Shown one piece after another: positions 1 to 12,845 of a stretch of DNA of 64,000 nucleotides. The notes beneath the pieces were generated by a model that saw nothing but the letters and a program-made list of their open reading frames with translations, was not told the origin of the DNA and did not search any database. Both the position numbers and the translations under genes were made by a program. Source of the DNA: Eledone cirrhosa. Its lineage: Eukaryota. The stretch lies in the NCBI GenBank assembly GCA_964016885.1, contig OZ024744.1, positions 89,466,001 to 89,530,000 of the forward strand. The letters are read 5' to 3'. Positions within the stretch are counted from its first letter, which is position 1; each line of letters opens with the position of its first letter.

Positions 1-773
1 ATCCTTTCTGTCGTTTTTTGTTATCCCCCTCTCTTTTTCTCTTCTCTCTTTTTCTCTCTTTCTCTCTTTCTCGCTCTCTGTCTCTCTCGGTTTTCTCCCC
101 CTCCCTCTCTCTCTTTCTCTAACTCATTATTAGCAATTTTTCTTCACTGCCTCTATCTCACTCCCTCTTTCGCCCCCCTCTCTCTCTCTTTCTCTCACTC
201 TCACTCCTTCTCTCTGTTTTTCCCTCTCCCTCTCTCTTTACTCACTACACAGGTACACACAGTCACATAAATACACACATACACACACACACAGATATAC
301 ACATATATATACACATATACACACGCACATGTCTCACACATTTTATTTATTTTATTTTATTATATATTTTTGTTACTATCTTTGTTCCTTTTGATGCAGC
401 GTTTGTGACAACATAGCCAGATAGGAACGATGTCGGATTTAGCTGAACAAACAAGTCGCCATATTTAAAACCATTGACTCTGTGAGAGAGAGGAGGCGGA
501 GAGAGAGAGCGTGAGAGAGAGGAAGAGAGAGGGGAGAACAGGGAGAGAGAGTTGAGTTAGAGAGAGAGAGGGAGGGAGAGGGGTGAGAGAGAGAGAGTGG
601 AATGTGAGAGAGAGTAGAGTTAGAGAGAGAGAGAGGGGCGAGAGAAGGAGAGAGAGTGAGAGAAAGAGAGAGAGAGAGAGAGAGAGGGGGTGACATAGAG
701 GGGGAGAAAGAGAAAGAGAGTTTGTGTGCGTGAGAGAGAGAGGGAGTGAAAGAGAGGGGCGTGAGAGATAGTT

Positions 774-809
<36 letters not shown>

Positions 810-985
810 GGGAGTGAAAGAAAGAGAGTGTGTATGTGAGTGAGTGCCTGTGTGAGAGAGAGGTAGAAAGTGAGTTTGTGTGTGAGCCTGGTTGTGTTTG
901 TGAGAGAGAGAGAGAGGGGGGGCAGAGAGAGAGAGAGACAGACAGAGAGAGGTGGAGAGAGGGGGAGAGGGGAGAGTATGTGTGC

Positions 986-1017
<32 letters not shown>

Positions 1018-1058
1018 TGGAGTGAAGGAGAGAGGGGGAGAGGGGAGAGTATGTATGC

Positions 1059-1093
<35 letters not shown>

Positions 1094-1095
1094 GA
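1..1095. repeat. Compound (CT)n, (CA)n and (GA/GT)n low-complexity microsatellite region
   Basis: Directly visible dinucleotide tracts; ORFs 439..1140 and 830..1132 are translations of them. Confidence 0.95.
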
Positions 1096-1682
1096 ACAGG
1101 CGTCTAATTCTGGAAATCTACCTGCAATGTAATTGGCCAATACTCAAGAGTCAAACTTTTCTTCAAAGAACAGACATGATGTTTCACAGAATATACACTA
1201 CAATGAGACAAGGCTGATGTCATTTTGTTTGTTTTGGTTTTTTTCAATCTATATATAAATTTCTGCGATTCTGTCACAACACGTAAAGAGAGAGAGGAGT
1301 TGTTTGACTACCTCATACTACTCCTCTCTCTTTACGTCTTACATCTGCTATCTGCATGAATGCATGTGTGTGTGTGTGTAAAAGGAAGGCAGTGGGTGGT
1401 GAATGTGTAAATATATGTCTGTTAGCGCGTATTTTTGTAAGTGTGTCTGTGTTTGCACGTTTATATTTATAAACTCTTACATATAAATGTCTGCATATGC
1501 ACATACATAAATACACACACATATACACATACGCGTCTGCGTATGGAAAAAAAAATTCTAGTATATAATATAACAACGAAAAATATGTTGCAGGCAAATC
1601 ATCTGGTAGTGTCAATCAACCATGCTGAATGAGGTAAGAAAGTGACTGACTGACATAGAAAAGAAAAGAGCTAAACAGTATA

Positions 1683-1862
1683 ATTGTTTATACTTTTGGC
1701 ACAAGGCCAACAATTATCCACTACATTACTGGTACTTTATTTTATCGCCACCGTATGGATGAAAGCCAAAGTTAACCTCTGCAGGATTTGAACTCAGACC
1801 AAAAAGGGCCGTAACTCTTTGCTGCAAAGCATGGCGTCAGACCCTCTACCGATACTGCCAAT
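1683..1862 (-). mobile_element. tRNA-derived SINE (family 1)
   Basis: Minus strand has A box TGGCAGTATCGG and B box GAGTTCAAATCC; matches copies at 8.6, 9.2-10.3, 40.6, 46.0, 52.5-52.9 and 55.3 kb. Confidence 0.85.
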
Positions 1863-1869
1863 CAATAAA

Positions 1870-1990
1870 GATAGGTTATAGGTGGCTGGGTGGTTGGATT
1901 CGGGCTCGGGTTTGAGGAAAAAAAAAAAATAATAAACAGTATGATGGAGATAGGTTATAGGTGGCTGGATGGTCGGATTCGGGCTCCGAA
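1870..1990. repeat. Direct duplication of about 38 bp (GATAGGTTATAGGTGGCTGG..GGATTCGGGCTC), copies about 78 bp apart
   Basis: Two near-identical copies at about 1871 and 1949. Confidence 0.7.
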
Positions 1991-2242
1991 ATGGGGAAAA
2001 AGTTTTTAAAAAAAGGATAAGATAACGAAGTAAGCTGGTGGTCACTCCACGGTTTTAATAAAACCCACCCACCCTCAATATGTTGTGTGAGCTATTGAAA
2101 ATTTGTAGAACTGTGTAACATATATATGTATAAATGTATGCTTGTAGCGGGATGTGTGAGTGTGTGTGTGTGGCAGTTTTTGTGTGTACGTGGTTGAAGT
2201 TTCACAAGTGTTTCATTTAATATATATATATATATATATATA

Positions 2243-2740
2243 TAATTTCGTTTCTGAATTTGTTTTACAAGATTTCTTATCTGAAAACGTGTGTTGAAAC
2301 AGATATTGTTATACTTTGGGGGAAGTCATGTTGCCAATAAAAACACACGCACTTGTTGACTTTCACTTCCTATTTATTATAAATTTCCGGTTGGTTGGTT
2401 CTATAACCGGAAGGTTGTTTATATATCGTCAAAATCTCTTTCGTCACACATTCTGTAACCTCCTCATTGACTAGGTTTTTATTTTGTGTGTTCCTCCTTT
2501 GTTCTGTCCTACACCATCTTGTTTTTGTGATTGTGAACTTTCGGCAATCCAGAAAAAATGCTGGTTTTTATTTCGAAGTTGGTTAAGTAATTGATTTCCT
2601 TAAGTGTGAGGTTATTCTGATACTTTGTTGTCAGGTTACCTACTTGAATCGAAATAGATCTACAAAACGAAATTGTGAAATTATAATATTATAAAATTAA
2701 ATTGTTTAGAATTACAAGTGAAGTCAGTCTTTTCCTTTTT
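2243..2740 (-). mobile_element. Penelope-like element 3'/pLTR remnant with a decayed hammerhead (2428-2471)
   Basis: Minus strand GTCA-ATGAGGA-GGTTACA gaatg TGTGAC-GAA-AGAGATT-T-TGAC (C3 lost). Downstream sequence is similar to 32181-32286 and 44060-44140; flanked by (TA)n. Confidence 0.6.
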
Positions 2741-2741
2741 T

Positions 2742-2850
<109 letters not shown>

Positions 2851-2930
2851 TATATAATATTTATATATTATATATAATATATATATATATATATAATATA
2901 TATATAATATATAATATAATATATATAAAT

Positions 2931-2961
<31 letters not shown>

Positions 2962-3088
2962 ATGTATATATATATATATATAATAAATATATAACTTTGA
3001 ATAACTTTGAATAACTTTGAAATGTTTTGGCCAGTATTGGCCCAGGCCATGTCTAACTTAATAGCACCACCTGGCGAAGTCTTTCAAT

Positions 3089-6000
3089 TCAGGATTTGGG
3101 CACCATGGCCCATTCGAGAAGAGAATTACTGTTTGCGGAGACATATCCGGGTGTGGGTGGTTTGTCCGGGATTACTTGGAGGAATTTGTCCAAAGACTTC
3201 TTGAATCTTGTGTGGTCAGTTTCTGTTTTGACGTGTCCTGGTGTGATGTTGAAGAGAGCAGGGCCGATTGAGGTGAAATAATTGTGCCGTATTGTTGTTA
3301 TGAGTTGCGATTTAGATTTTTGAATGGGACGGATAGCACGGGGCCCAAGCCTTGGGTGTATCTTGAAGGCGATGCCAACATCATTTGGGCAGTGATGATG
3401 GAACATTTTCCACATCATGCAGATAATATAACGCTCACGGCGACGTTGGAGTGAGTAAAGTTTCAGGTTTTCCAATCGACCCCAGTAGTCAAGGTCTGAC
3501 ATGCCATCTATCTTTTTCGTGATTGCCCTTTGAGGAGCTTCAAGTTTCATGATACTTTGTTTCGTGTGGGGAGACCACAGTGGACAACAGTATTCAAGGT
3601 GTGGTCGGGCGAAAGTAGAGAAGAGAAGGATAATGGTGCGGGAATCTCTCGACTGGAAGGTTCTGAGGATCCAGGAACACATTCTGCGGGCCATGTCAAC
3701 TTTGCTGCTTATATGCGTGGTCCAGCTTATGTTGCTGTCCACGGTTACTCCCAAGTCTCTGATGTTGTTAGATGCCACGAGAGTTTCCCCGGAGGGAAGG
3801 GAGTACGGGAGTTTCAGAGCATCCTCTTTTCCAAAGTGGATCAGTTCGAATTTGTCTTCGTTCAGTAACATGTTGTTCTTTTCTGCCCATTGGGTAACAG
3901 CCAGTAGGTCTGACTGAAGGCTTATCCGGTCATCCACGCCATTGATGACCTTTTGGAGCTTGGAATCATCAGCGAAAATTTTAATGTTGCTGTGTTTGAT
4001 GATGTCAGTGATGTCATTAATATAGATGATGAAGAGAAGTGGGCCCAACACAGTGCCTTGTGGGACTCCACTACTGACTTTGGCTGGGCTTGATTTGACT
4101 CCCTCAACTACAACATGTTGGGTTCTGTTTGACAGGAAGCTCTTGATCCACTGCAGCAGCTTTCCAGTGACACCAATATTGGACAGCTTTCTCAGTAGAA
4201 TGTTATGATCAACCCTGTCAAAGGCCTTGCTGAAATCAAGGTAGATAACATCAGTGTTGGAACCCTCTCCCAAGGCTCTCAAAATGTCATCAAAGTGATG
4301 CAGTAGTTGCGTCAGGCAATCCCTTCCATTACGGAATCCATGCTGGTTGGAGTTCAGCATATTGTTACTCTCAAGGAAGTGGGTCATTCGCGATCTCACC
4401 ACTCGCTCAAATACCTTAATGATATGAGAGGTGAGTGAGATTGGACGGTAATTCACGGCAAGGGATTTGTTTCCCTTTTTGAAAACTGGGACAACAGACT
4501 GGGATAGAAGGTTTTCTGGCACATATCCAGCATCCAGTGAGTTCCGCCACAGATTGGCAAGAGGAGAAGCAAGTTGGTGTTGACACGCCTTCAAGACACA
4601 AGCAGGGAACCTATCGGGACCTACTGCTGAATTATGTTTGATTTCCTTTATTGCCGCCAAGACATCAGGGGCGCCAAACGTTATGTCCGATAAGGTGTAA
4701 TGGGGAGTAACATCGCCGATACAGCCCAGATCGGCCATATCAGGATTGCTGAAAACAGAGCAGTATTGTTTCTGCAGTATCTCACCCATGGTTTTAGCAT
4801 TGTCTTGAAGAGTGCCATTTTCATCAATTAGAGGGCCAACAGTAGAGCCAGTGATTTTGTGTTTTTTTGCAAATGAAAAGAACACTTTGGGATTGAGTTT
4901 GATCTTCTCAATGGCCCAGGCCTCTTCAGCTCTTCTCTGATTGTTGATGAGGGACATTATGTTGTTTTGGAGGTTATGTTTTTTAATCTCTAGTGATGAA
5001 ATGGCAGTCAAGTTGATGTGTTGCTGCTGACAGTATTTCAGCTTGTTGATTTTTTTGTTCGTTCTCTTAATTTTTCTGATGAGTGTTTTTCTATTTCTAG
5101 GGATTCTGCTCTTAGATTTGTTTATAGTTCTTAATGGGGTGTGTTTAGCACATATGTTTGTAACAGTGTCCACAAAAGTCTGCCAGGACTTTTTGATGTT
5201 AGTGGGTGTATGAGTGTGCGTGAAGGACCAGTCGACATGTGCAAGATCATGACTGATCGCTTCCCAGTTTGCATTGTGGAAATCCATAGCGTCAAACGGA
5301 TGGACAGGAGAAATGACATTGGGTTTGTATATTGGACGGTGGAATCTCAGATCACAGAGAACCATGTCATGATCAGAGAGTAGAGTTTTCTCCACTGCAA
5401 TATTGTGGATATTGTCAGTGTGATTGCTGAAAATTAAGTCTAGGACGTTTTTGTGGCACCTCGTTGGTTCGAGCACTAGTTGGGATAGGAAGAAATCATC
5501 CATGAAGTCAAGAAGCGATTCCACAGCTTCCCTGTCAGAGGTTGAGGCAGAAGAACCTGGTGGCAGGGTGTTTGTGGACCAGTCAACTCCGGGGAGGTTG
5601 AAGTCCCCCATCATTAAGATGTTGTCAGGGTGACACTCTTGGATGAAACACTTTATGCTGTTGAGGCATTCCTTGAAGCATGGTACAGGCGTTTGGGGTG
5701 GCCTATAGAGCCCAACTACTAATAGGTTGTTGGTTTGACTGAATACAGTGACTGCCTCACAGTATCCATTAGTGAATATGTTCATAGCCTCTGTTGAGAA
5801 AGAATTATGGACATAAATGGCAGTTCCGCCCTTTCTTCTGCCAGCGCGATCAGCACGGATGGCTTTGAAATTTTTCACTTTCACCTCGGCTTCCAAGTGG
5901 AGGTTACTGAGATGGGTTTCAGTGAGGACGAAGAAAGGGATGTGGTTTGGATGGACATCAATCCAGTCCTCCAGGAATTTGATCTTCCATTTTTGAGTAT

Positions 6001-6109
6001 TGGTGGAAGGGCTGATGCCTTGGGCGTTAAGCAAAAATGTAGAGGCGAGAGTGGATGGTTTTAATTGTTTTGGTGTGTTGTTAATTTGTTTGTTTGTTAA
6101 TGGCAGCAA
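3089..6109 (-). CDS. LINE ORF2: AP endonuclease plus reverse transcriptase, uninterrupted 1006 aa
   Basis: APE motifs LTETHL, YRPP, GDFN, LDLIF, SDH; RT motifs NYRPISLTS, YLDFSKAFDRVDH, GVPQGTVLGPLLF, FADD; CR1-like C-terminus L.LYSLQRRRER. Track start is TTG. Confidence 0.95.
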   Translation of the reverse strand: MLPLTNKQINNTPKQLKPSTLASTFLLNAQGISPSTNTQKWKIKFLEDWIDVHPNHIPFFVLTETHLSNLHLEAEVKVKNFKAIRADRAGRRKGGTAIYVHNSFSTEAMNIFTNGYCEAVTVFSQTNNLLVVGLYRPPQTPVPCFKECLNSIKCFIQECHPDNILMMGDFNLPGVDWSTNTLPPGSSASTSDREAVESLLDFMDDFFLSQLVLEPTRCHKNVLDLIFSNHTDNIHNIAVEKTLLSDHDMVLCDLRFHRPIYKPNVISPVHPFDAMDFHNANWEAISHDLAHVDWSFTHTHTPTNIKKSWQTFVDTVTNICAKHTPLRTINKSKSRIPRNRKTLIRKIKRTNKKINKLKYCQQQHINLTAISSLEIKKHNLQNNIMSLINNQRRAEEAWAIEKIKLNPKVFFSFAKKHKITGSTVGPLIDENGTLQDNAKTMGEILQKQYCSVFSNPDMADLGCIGDVTPHYTLSDITFGAPDVLAAIKEIKHNSAVGPDRFPACVLKACQHQLASPLANLWRNSLDAGYVPENLLSQSVVPVFKKGNKSLAVNYRPISLTSHIIKVFERVVRSRMTHFLESNNMLNSNQHGFRNGRDCLTQLLHHFDDILRALGEGSNTDVIYLDFSKAFDRVDHNILLRKLSNIGVTGKLLQWIKSFLSNRTQHVVVEGVKSSPAKVSSGVPQGTVLGPLLFIIYINDITDIIKHSNIKIFADDSKLQKVINGVDDRISLQSDLLAVTQWAEKNNMLLNEDKFELIHFGKEDALKLPYSLPSGETLVASNNIRDLGVTVDSNISWTTHISSKVDMARRMCSWILRTFQSRDSRTIILLFSTFARPHLEYCCPLWSPHTKQSIMKLEAPQRAITKKIDGMSDLDYWGRLENLKLYSLQRRRERYIICMMWKMFHHHCPNDVGIAFKIHPRLGPRAIRPIQKSKSQLITTIRHNYFTSIGPALFNITPGHVKTETDHTRFKKSLDKFLQVIPDKPPTPGYVSANSNSLLEWAMVPKS

Positions 6110-7062
6110 TGGGAGTTTGTGCAGTGGGGTGATAGTGGAGGGTGGTGCTGGGTGATAGCTCGAATGTTTTTTTCCAGTTCTTTTGCCAGATTCATTATGG
6201 CTAAAAAAGAGGAAGAAGTTTCCTGTTTAGAAGACTGTTGGTGACTGTGGTAGTGGTTATTTTTATGTAGGTTATGGTTTTTGTTTTTGCTTTTATTTTT
6301 AATTTTATTTTCATTTATCCGACGGGTCCCCGGGAGATGGGTAAAGGGACAATCCCGGTCTAAACACAATCTGTCTCGCAGGGAAAAACGGCAGATTTGT
6401 GGATTCCTTGTTTGAGTTATTGGTGGTTGTGTTGGTGTTAAATTAGAGTATGTATTATGGTGGTGGCTGTTTGTGGGGATAGATCGTTTTGTCCTAGGTA
6501 AATGGGTGAATTTGCAGCCACTATCCGTACATATTCTATAGCGTAGAGAGTAGCGGCAAATGATGGGGTTTCGAGTGGGTGGGTATGTGGGTGTGGGTGT
6601 TGTGAGAGGTGTAGATGATGGTTTGGGTAGGATTTGATGACCTTTGTGGACTGTGGGAGGGAGAGTTCTTGTTCTGGTATTAGAAGGTAAATTCCTTGAC
6701 ATAGCAGTAGACAAAAATGTTGTAGTAGTAGTAGTAGTAGTAGGCAGAGATGTTGGCAGTGGTGATGATTGGACTGCTGGGCCAGAGAAAGGATGTGGCG
6801 TTTCATGCTGTGAGACAGAGGCTACTGGGGGGTCAATAGTTTCATTTAGTAGATCGGCCATTGTTGATGAATCAAGGAGTGGTTCACACTGTTGTTGTCG
6901 TTGTTGTTGTTGTTGTTGCTGTTGTTGTTGTTGTAGCTGTTGTTGTTGTTGTTGTTGTTGCTGTTGTAGCTGCTGTTGTTGTTGTTGCTGTTGTAGCTGC
7001 TGTTGTTGTTGTTGCTGCTGCTGGACAGCATTCAAAGAGAAAACACACCGTAGTTTATCCAA
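6097..7062 (-). CDS. LINE ORF1, 3' part: poly-Q, Pro/Thr-rich linker, two CCCH zinc fingers
   Basis: CRYSLRYRICTDSGCKFTH and CRFSLRDRLCLDRDCPFTH (C-x8-C-x4-C-x3-H); directly upstream of ORF2; true start lies in or beyond the gap. Confidence 0.7.
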   Translation of the reverse strand: MDKLRCVFSLNAVQQQQQQQQQLQQQQQQQQLQQQQQQQQQQLQQQQQQQQQQQRQQQCEPLLDSSTMADLLNETIDPPVASVSQHETPHPFSGPAVQSSPLPTSLPTTTTTTTTFLSTAMSRNLPSNTRTRTLPPTVHKGHQILPKPSSTPLTTPTPTYPPTRNPIICRYSLRYRICTDSGCKFTHLPRTKRSIPTNSHHHNTYSNLTPTQPPITQTRNPQICRFSLRDRLCLDRDCPFTHLPGTRRINENKIKNKSKNKNHNLHKNNHYHSHQQSSKQETSSSFLAIMNLAKELEKNIRAITQHHPPLSPHCTNSHCCH

Positions 7063-7067
7063 ATGTT

Positions 7068-7267
7068 NNNNNNNNNNNNNNNNNNNNNNNNNNNNNNNNN
7101 NNNNNNNNNNNNNNNNNNNNNNNNNNNNNNNNNNNNNNNNNNNNNNNNNNNNNNNNNNNNNNNNNNNNNNNNNNNNNNNNNNNNNNNNNNNNNNNNNNNN
7201 NNNNNNNNNNNNNNNNNNNNNNNNNNNNNNNNNNNNNNNNNNNNNNNNNNNNNNNNNNNNNNNNNNN
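7068..7267. other. Assembly gap (200 N)
   Basis: Run of N. Confidence 1.
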
Positions 7268-7457
7268 GCTTAAACTTTAATCTGTTATTTTAATAAATAT
7301 TATATATATATATATATATTATATATATATATATTATATATATGTATATAACCTTATATATATATATATATAATATATATATATATTTTATATATATATA
7401 TATATATTATATATAACCTTACATATATATATATTATATATATATATATTATCATTA

Positions 7458-8452
7458 TCTATAAAAGGCAGATTGTTGTGTGTGTGTGTGTGCATGTTCC
7501 ATGTTTATACATTTGCACAATTTCAAAGCGATTTGACTCAAAGTCTGTAAGAATGTTGTAAATGGTCGAAATTAAGTCAACGACTATTTATTTCATTCAA
7601 TTTCACCTACAATTGCGGAAATAATCGATAAAAATAAATACATGACGCTTTACTCCTCTAATACAATCAGTTTACCTCTCTCTGCTTCTCTTAAAATTCG
7701 ATAAAACTACATACATGCTGTAACTTTCTCTGATATACGATTAAACTTACAAACTTTAAGAGAGAGAGAGTGTGAGAGGGAGAGAGAGAGACCGTTTGTT
7801 TTTGAGTGTCGAACAGTCAAACATTTATTTACTTCAATGACAAAAAGAACTTATTACATTTCATACGAAACAACAATTATTCAAAAGTAACAGATAAATT
7901 TATTCAACAACAAAAAAAATAGCGATAAATCTTTTTTAAAACATCTATCAACGAACGTGGAAGAAAGAAGTATCAGTTCATTTACTATATACAATAATAT
8001 CCTCTATGAGGTCACTAAACCTGCTAGAAACAGCAGCTAACTCTCCTCCATATTACACCACTCCCTACTGTCTTAAATTTAGAAAACATATCCTCTATGA
8101 GGTCACTAAACCTGCTAGAAACAGCAGCTAACTCTCCCCCATATCACACCCCTCCCTACTGTCTTAAATTTAGAAAACACACATTAGACAACCATGCAGA
8201 ACAACTCCATCGCAGCTCTGTTGTTCGGCTGGCATCGTCTACTGTGAAACAATAAATTTCAACACTTCTTTGCACAGAGATAATATCCATAGGCGAAACT
8301 ACAATTGTCACTGCTGGCGCAGCTCCTGCTTCCAGGTCTGCAATTCATTCACCCAGTGCCTGGCAGACAAAAAAGTGCTGCCATAAAATGGGTGGTGCAA
8401 CCCAACTTTGGTAACTTACTGACCCCGATGCAACGCCGGGCTTTAATGCTAG
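7458..8452 (+). mobile_element. Non-autonomous Helitron-like element
   Basis: 5' a|TCTATAAAAGG; 3' hairpin CCCGATGCAACGCCGGG followed 8 nt later by CTAG|t, the typical Helitron terminus. Internal 91-bp tandem duplication at 8001-8180. Confidence 0.65.
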
Positions 8453-8460
8453 TATATATA

Positions 8461-9096
8461 TCTATCTTAACTATAATACAGAAAGGAGTGCAGAATTGCG
8501 TCCAGAATATATTTTTTTACCCTGTTTGTAAAATAAGTTAGATTACTTTGAATAAATAATTGTTTCTACTTTTGGCACAAGGCCAGCAAATACCCAGTAC
8601 ATTACTGGTACTTTATTTTATCGACCCCGTAAGGATGACAGGCAAAGTTAACCTCAGCGGGATTTGAACTCAGAATGGCAATGGCCGTAATTCTATGCGT
8701 CAAAGCGTGACGTCCGACCCTCTACCGATACTATATTGAATGAATATTACATAAATTATGTGCTAAATTTCGTGGCTGTTTATTAAATATATTTTATAAC
8801 TTATTTAAAGACCTTTAAAATTCACTTCTTTAAAATTTTCAAATGTCAACACTTCCGGTTAGCGGCCGTTATATTATAACACTTATAATCGCATATATTT
8901 CCGTCGCTAATTTTCTCCTAATGCAGTTTATATATAATATCGTCTTTTTTTAATGTATCATGGATTACGTTACTGATTACATAAGACAGTGTAACACAGA
9001 CTTCGTTCAATTTCTGTGTATATTGTCAATTATGATTTTATATGATGTATCATATCAATATACACACTACACCCGTAGGGTGGTTTTTCTGCTAAG
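8461..9096 (+). mobile_element. Second possible Helitron-like element, interrupted by a SINE
   Basis: 5' a|TCTATCTTAACTATAATAC; 3' hairpin CACCCGTAGGGTG then CTGCTAAG|t (imperfect CTAG). Confidence 0.4.
8557..8732 (-). mobile_element. tRNA-derived SINE (family 1)
   Basis: Same sequence as other family 1 copies; B box GAGTTCAAATCC on the minus strand. Confidence 0.85.
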
Positions 9097-9097
9097 T

Positions 9098-9130
<33 letters not shown>

Positions 9131-9189
9131 ACCTTATATATATATTTATATATAATATATATATATATAAATTATATATATATATATAA

Positions 9190-10262
<1,073 letters not shown>

Positions 10263-10429
10263 ATATATATAACCTTACATATATACAAGACAGCTTGTAT
10301 ACACGAGTGTAATCCTACTCAAACACATTCACATACATGTACATGCTTAAACACAAACGAACATACAATGAAAGTACCATACACGTACACACTCACACAG
10401 GCGCCATTCAATTTCTTATAAGTTTTCTT

Positions 10430-10451
10430 CGTTGTTATTGTGCTGTTACTG

Positions 10452-10483
<32 letters not shown>

Positions 10484-10694
10484 GGTGTTTGTGTTCTTCT
10501 TCTTCTTCTTCTTCTTCTTCTTCTTCTTCTTCTTCTTCTTCTTCTTCTTCTTTCTGTGAAGGAGAAGGGATTGTTTTGTTATATTTTATTTTTTTCAATA
10601 ATTGGAGGTATTTTAGCTGGATTTGCCGAGATTTCCAACGGAAAATGAGGATAAATCCATGTCACATAAAAAAAACATTTCTGGAGAGAGAGAA

Positions 10695-10755
<61 letters not shown>

Positions 10756-10758
10756 GAG

Positions 10759-10816
<58 letters not shown>

Positions 10817-11125
10817 TGTGGGTGCGGAGGCTAGAGACAACAATTTGGACATGATACACTAACAAAGGCCGGCACTTTTCCATGTTCTTAGTTTCTCTTA
10901 GTCGCCGTTGCTGCCAACCCTGAACAAATATAATATCTTTAAGACATTATCCTCCTTCTGTCCTTCTGTATATATTATATCTCCAAGATCCTGATCGGAA
11001 ATTGTCTCTTGCAAGTCGTTAATCACCAACGATTAAGCCAGCAGACACACAATTGATTGGAACATCACACACGTTGACGATACAAATACAAAAGCAAACA
11101 TACAAGCATACACAGGCATACACAA

Positions 11126-11157
<32 letters not shown>

Positions 11158-11518
11158 ATGCACATACACACACACACACACACATACGCGCGCGCACATA
11201 CACACACGCACACACCCACACAGACAGACACATGCACATACACGTACGAACACGCACGAACACTCACATACATGCGCGCGCACACACACACACACACACA
11301 TACATACAAGCGCACGCGCGCACACACACACACACACACACGTGCACAAACGTAGAGGTATACATTTATACACACTCATACATATACGCGCATGCACACA
11401 CACTCACTAACACACACACACTTACACTTATATAGTGCATGTGCGTATATATATATACATATATATCTTTGTGTGTGTTTGTGTGTGTGTATACGAACAT
11501 ATATATATAATGTATATG

Positions 11519-11567
<49 letters not shown>
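10430..11567. repeat. Microsatellites (GTT)n, (GGT)n, (CTT)n, (GA)n, (GAAA)n, (CA)n, (TA)n
   Basis: Directly visible. Confidence 0.95.
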
Positions 11568-11569
<2 letters not shown>

Positions 11570-11919
11570 CAGGAGGTTGGACTGGTGTAAATCCTTGAAA
11601 GGTTTATTATACTATGATCATTTCAATGACCGGGTTCCATATGGATCCGGTGATATCATCAGGTATTCGAAATATAACAAAGGAATATATAATTATATTT
11701 CGAATACCTGATGATATCACCGGATTCATATGGAACCCGGTCATTGAAATGATCATAGTATAATAAACTTTTCAAGGATTTACACCAGTCCAGCCTCCTG
11801 TTATTTTATTTATAATAATTAACTCCGTATTAGCACCACCAACTACACAAACGAAGACGGGTGAACTGCACTACGTTGAGTACTCTCCATAATATTACAT
11901 CCAGATTGACCATACACAA
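11566..11919 (+). mobile_element. PLE pLTR fold-back 1: inverted arms 11566-11677 and 11693-11804, hammerhead on both strands
   Basis: Plus-strand motif 11704-11761: ATAC-CTGATGA-[stem II ACCGG..CCGGT, imperfect base]-GAA-ATGATCAT-A-GTAT; mirror copy on the left arm. Confidence 0.75.
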
Positions 11920-12845
11920 TTCTTCACTTAAAGAAGGAGAAGCAGCCTCATCTGTCGGTGAATAATCATCGTCAGGCGTGTGGGGTAGGGGTATGTTATG
12001 CGGTGGTAATGTTTCGGTGTGTGTGTTTGTGGTAGTGTTTGATGGAGTGGGATGGGATGGGGCTGTGTTCTTCAGGGGTGTTGTCTGTGTTTCTTCTGTT
12101 GTTGTTGGTTGAGTGGCTGTTTGTTTTGGTGTGTTTGCTCGTTTCGTCTGTTGTTGTACTTGTGGTGGTGGATGTTTTGGTGTTGGTGTTGGTAATAGTG
12201 TTGTTTTAATGATGTTGTTGTGGTGTGTTTGTGAATGACAGGAGACCTTTAGGTGTGTTGTGCTACCACAGCGAAAGCAATGAGGTTTACGCCCCTCCAC
12301 CAAAATGTTTATTTTGTTGTTGTCGTCGATGACGACTCTTTCGGGTATTTTGGAGATTCTCTCTGGCCTCATCTGTATCAGAATCCCCAAATCAGTACCC
12401 GCCCACCTTTGTCTAATAGACTTCCGTATCGAAAGAATAGCATCAGTCTCTGGCTCCACGAAGTCAGCCAAGATCCACCAGATGTTAATGTTTGGTGGTA
12501 TATTTTTTATTTTTATTTTTGTGTCCTTTTTCCCATGTACGTAGGGAAAAAGGTGAATGCTTTTGAGACCATTGGTGTCACAGAATGTTTTGGGGCGCGT
12601 GCCTCGCTTTTAAACAGTACGGAAATACTTCCGTACTGTCTTCCTCGTTGAAGAAAGTCAATATTTTCTAGAGTCTCCTTCAAGGTGGCTTCTATGTCTC
12701 CTTGACTCACAAATATTGGCTTTCTTGTTGTGTTTGAGACAGTCCTGAAGGTCACTGTCCTTCGAACCGTCTCTTCCTTTATTTCGAAGGGTGAGTTGAT
12801 TCTAAACCCACCCTTATCTTCGAAAGTTACAAATGTTCTCCCTTT
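11920..12845 (-). pseudogene. Tx1 copy A: internal ORF1 fragment of the same family as copy D
   Basis: Frameshifted ORF1 (TFRTVSN, PTYMGKRTQK, CFRCGSTTHLKVSC knuckle) closely similar to 26677..28272. Confidence 0.85.

Larger units (their letters stand above)
2991..7067 (-). mobile_element. CR1-group LINE (APE-RT) with a 10-bp tandem 3' tail (TCAAAGTTAT)3; 5' end runs into an assembly gap
   Basis: ORF1 plus ORF2, short 3' UTR (3021-3088), tail ATAACTTTGA x3 on the plus strand at 2991-3020 abutting a TA-rich tract. Confidence 0.9.

Noticed and set aside
380-480. Possible host exon after TTTTGATGCAG
   Set aside because: Short ORF with an early stop, no donor and no recognisable protein.
2278-2308. 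Plus-strand CTGAAAA...GAAAC hammerhead-like string
   Set aside because: C3-A8 mismatch and no convincing stem III; the family's hammerhead is on the opposite strand at 2428-2471.
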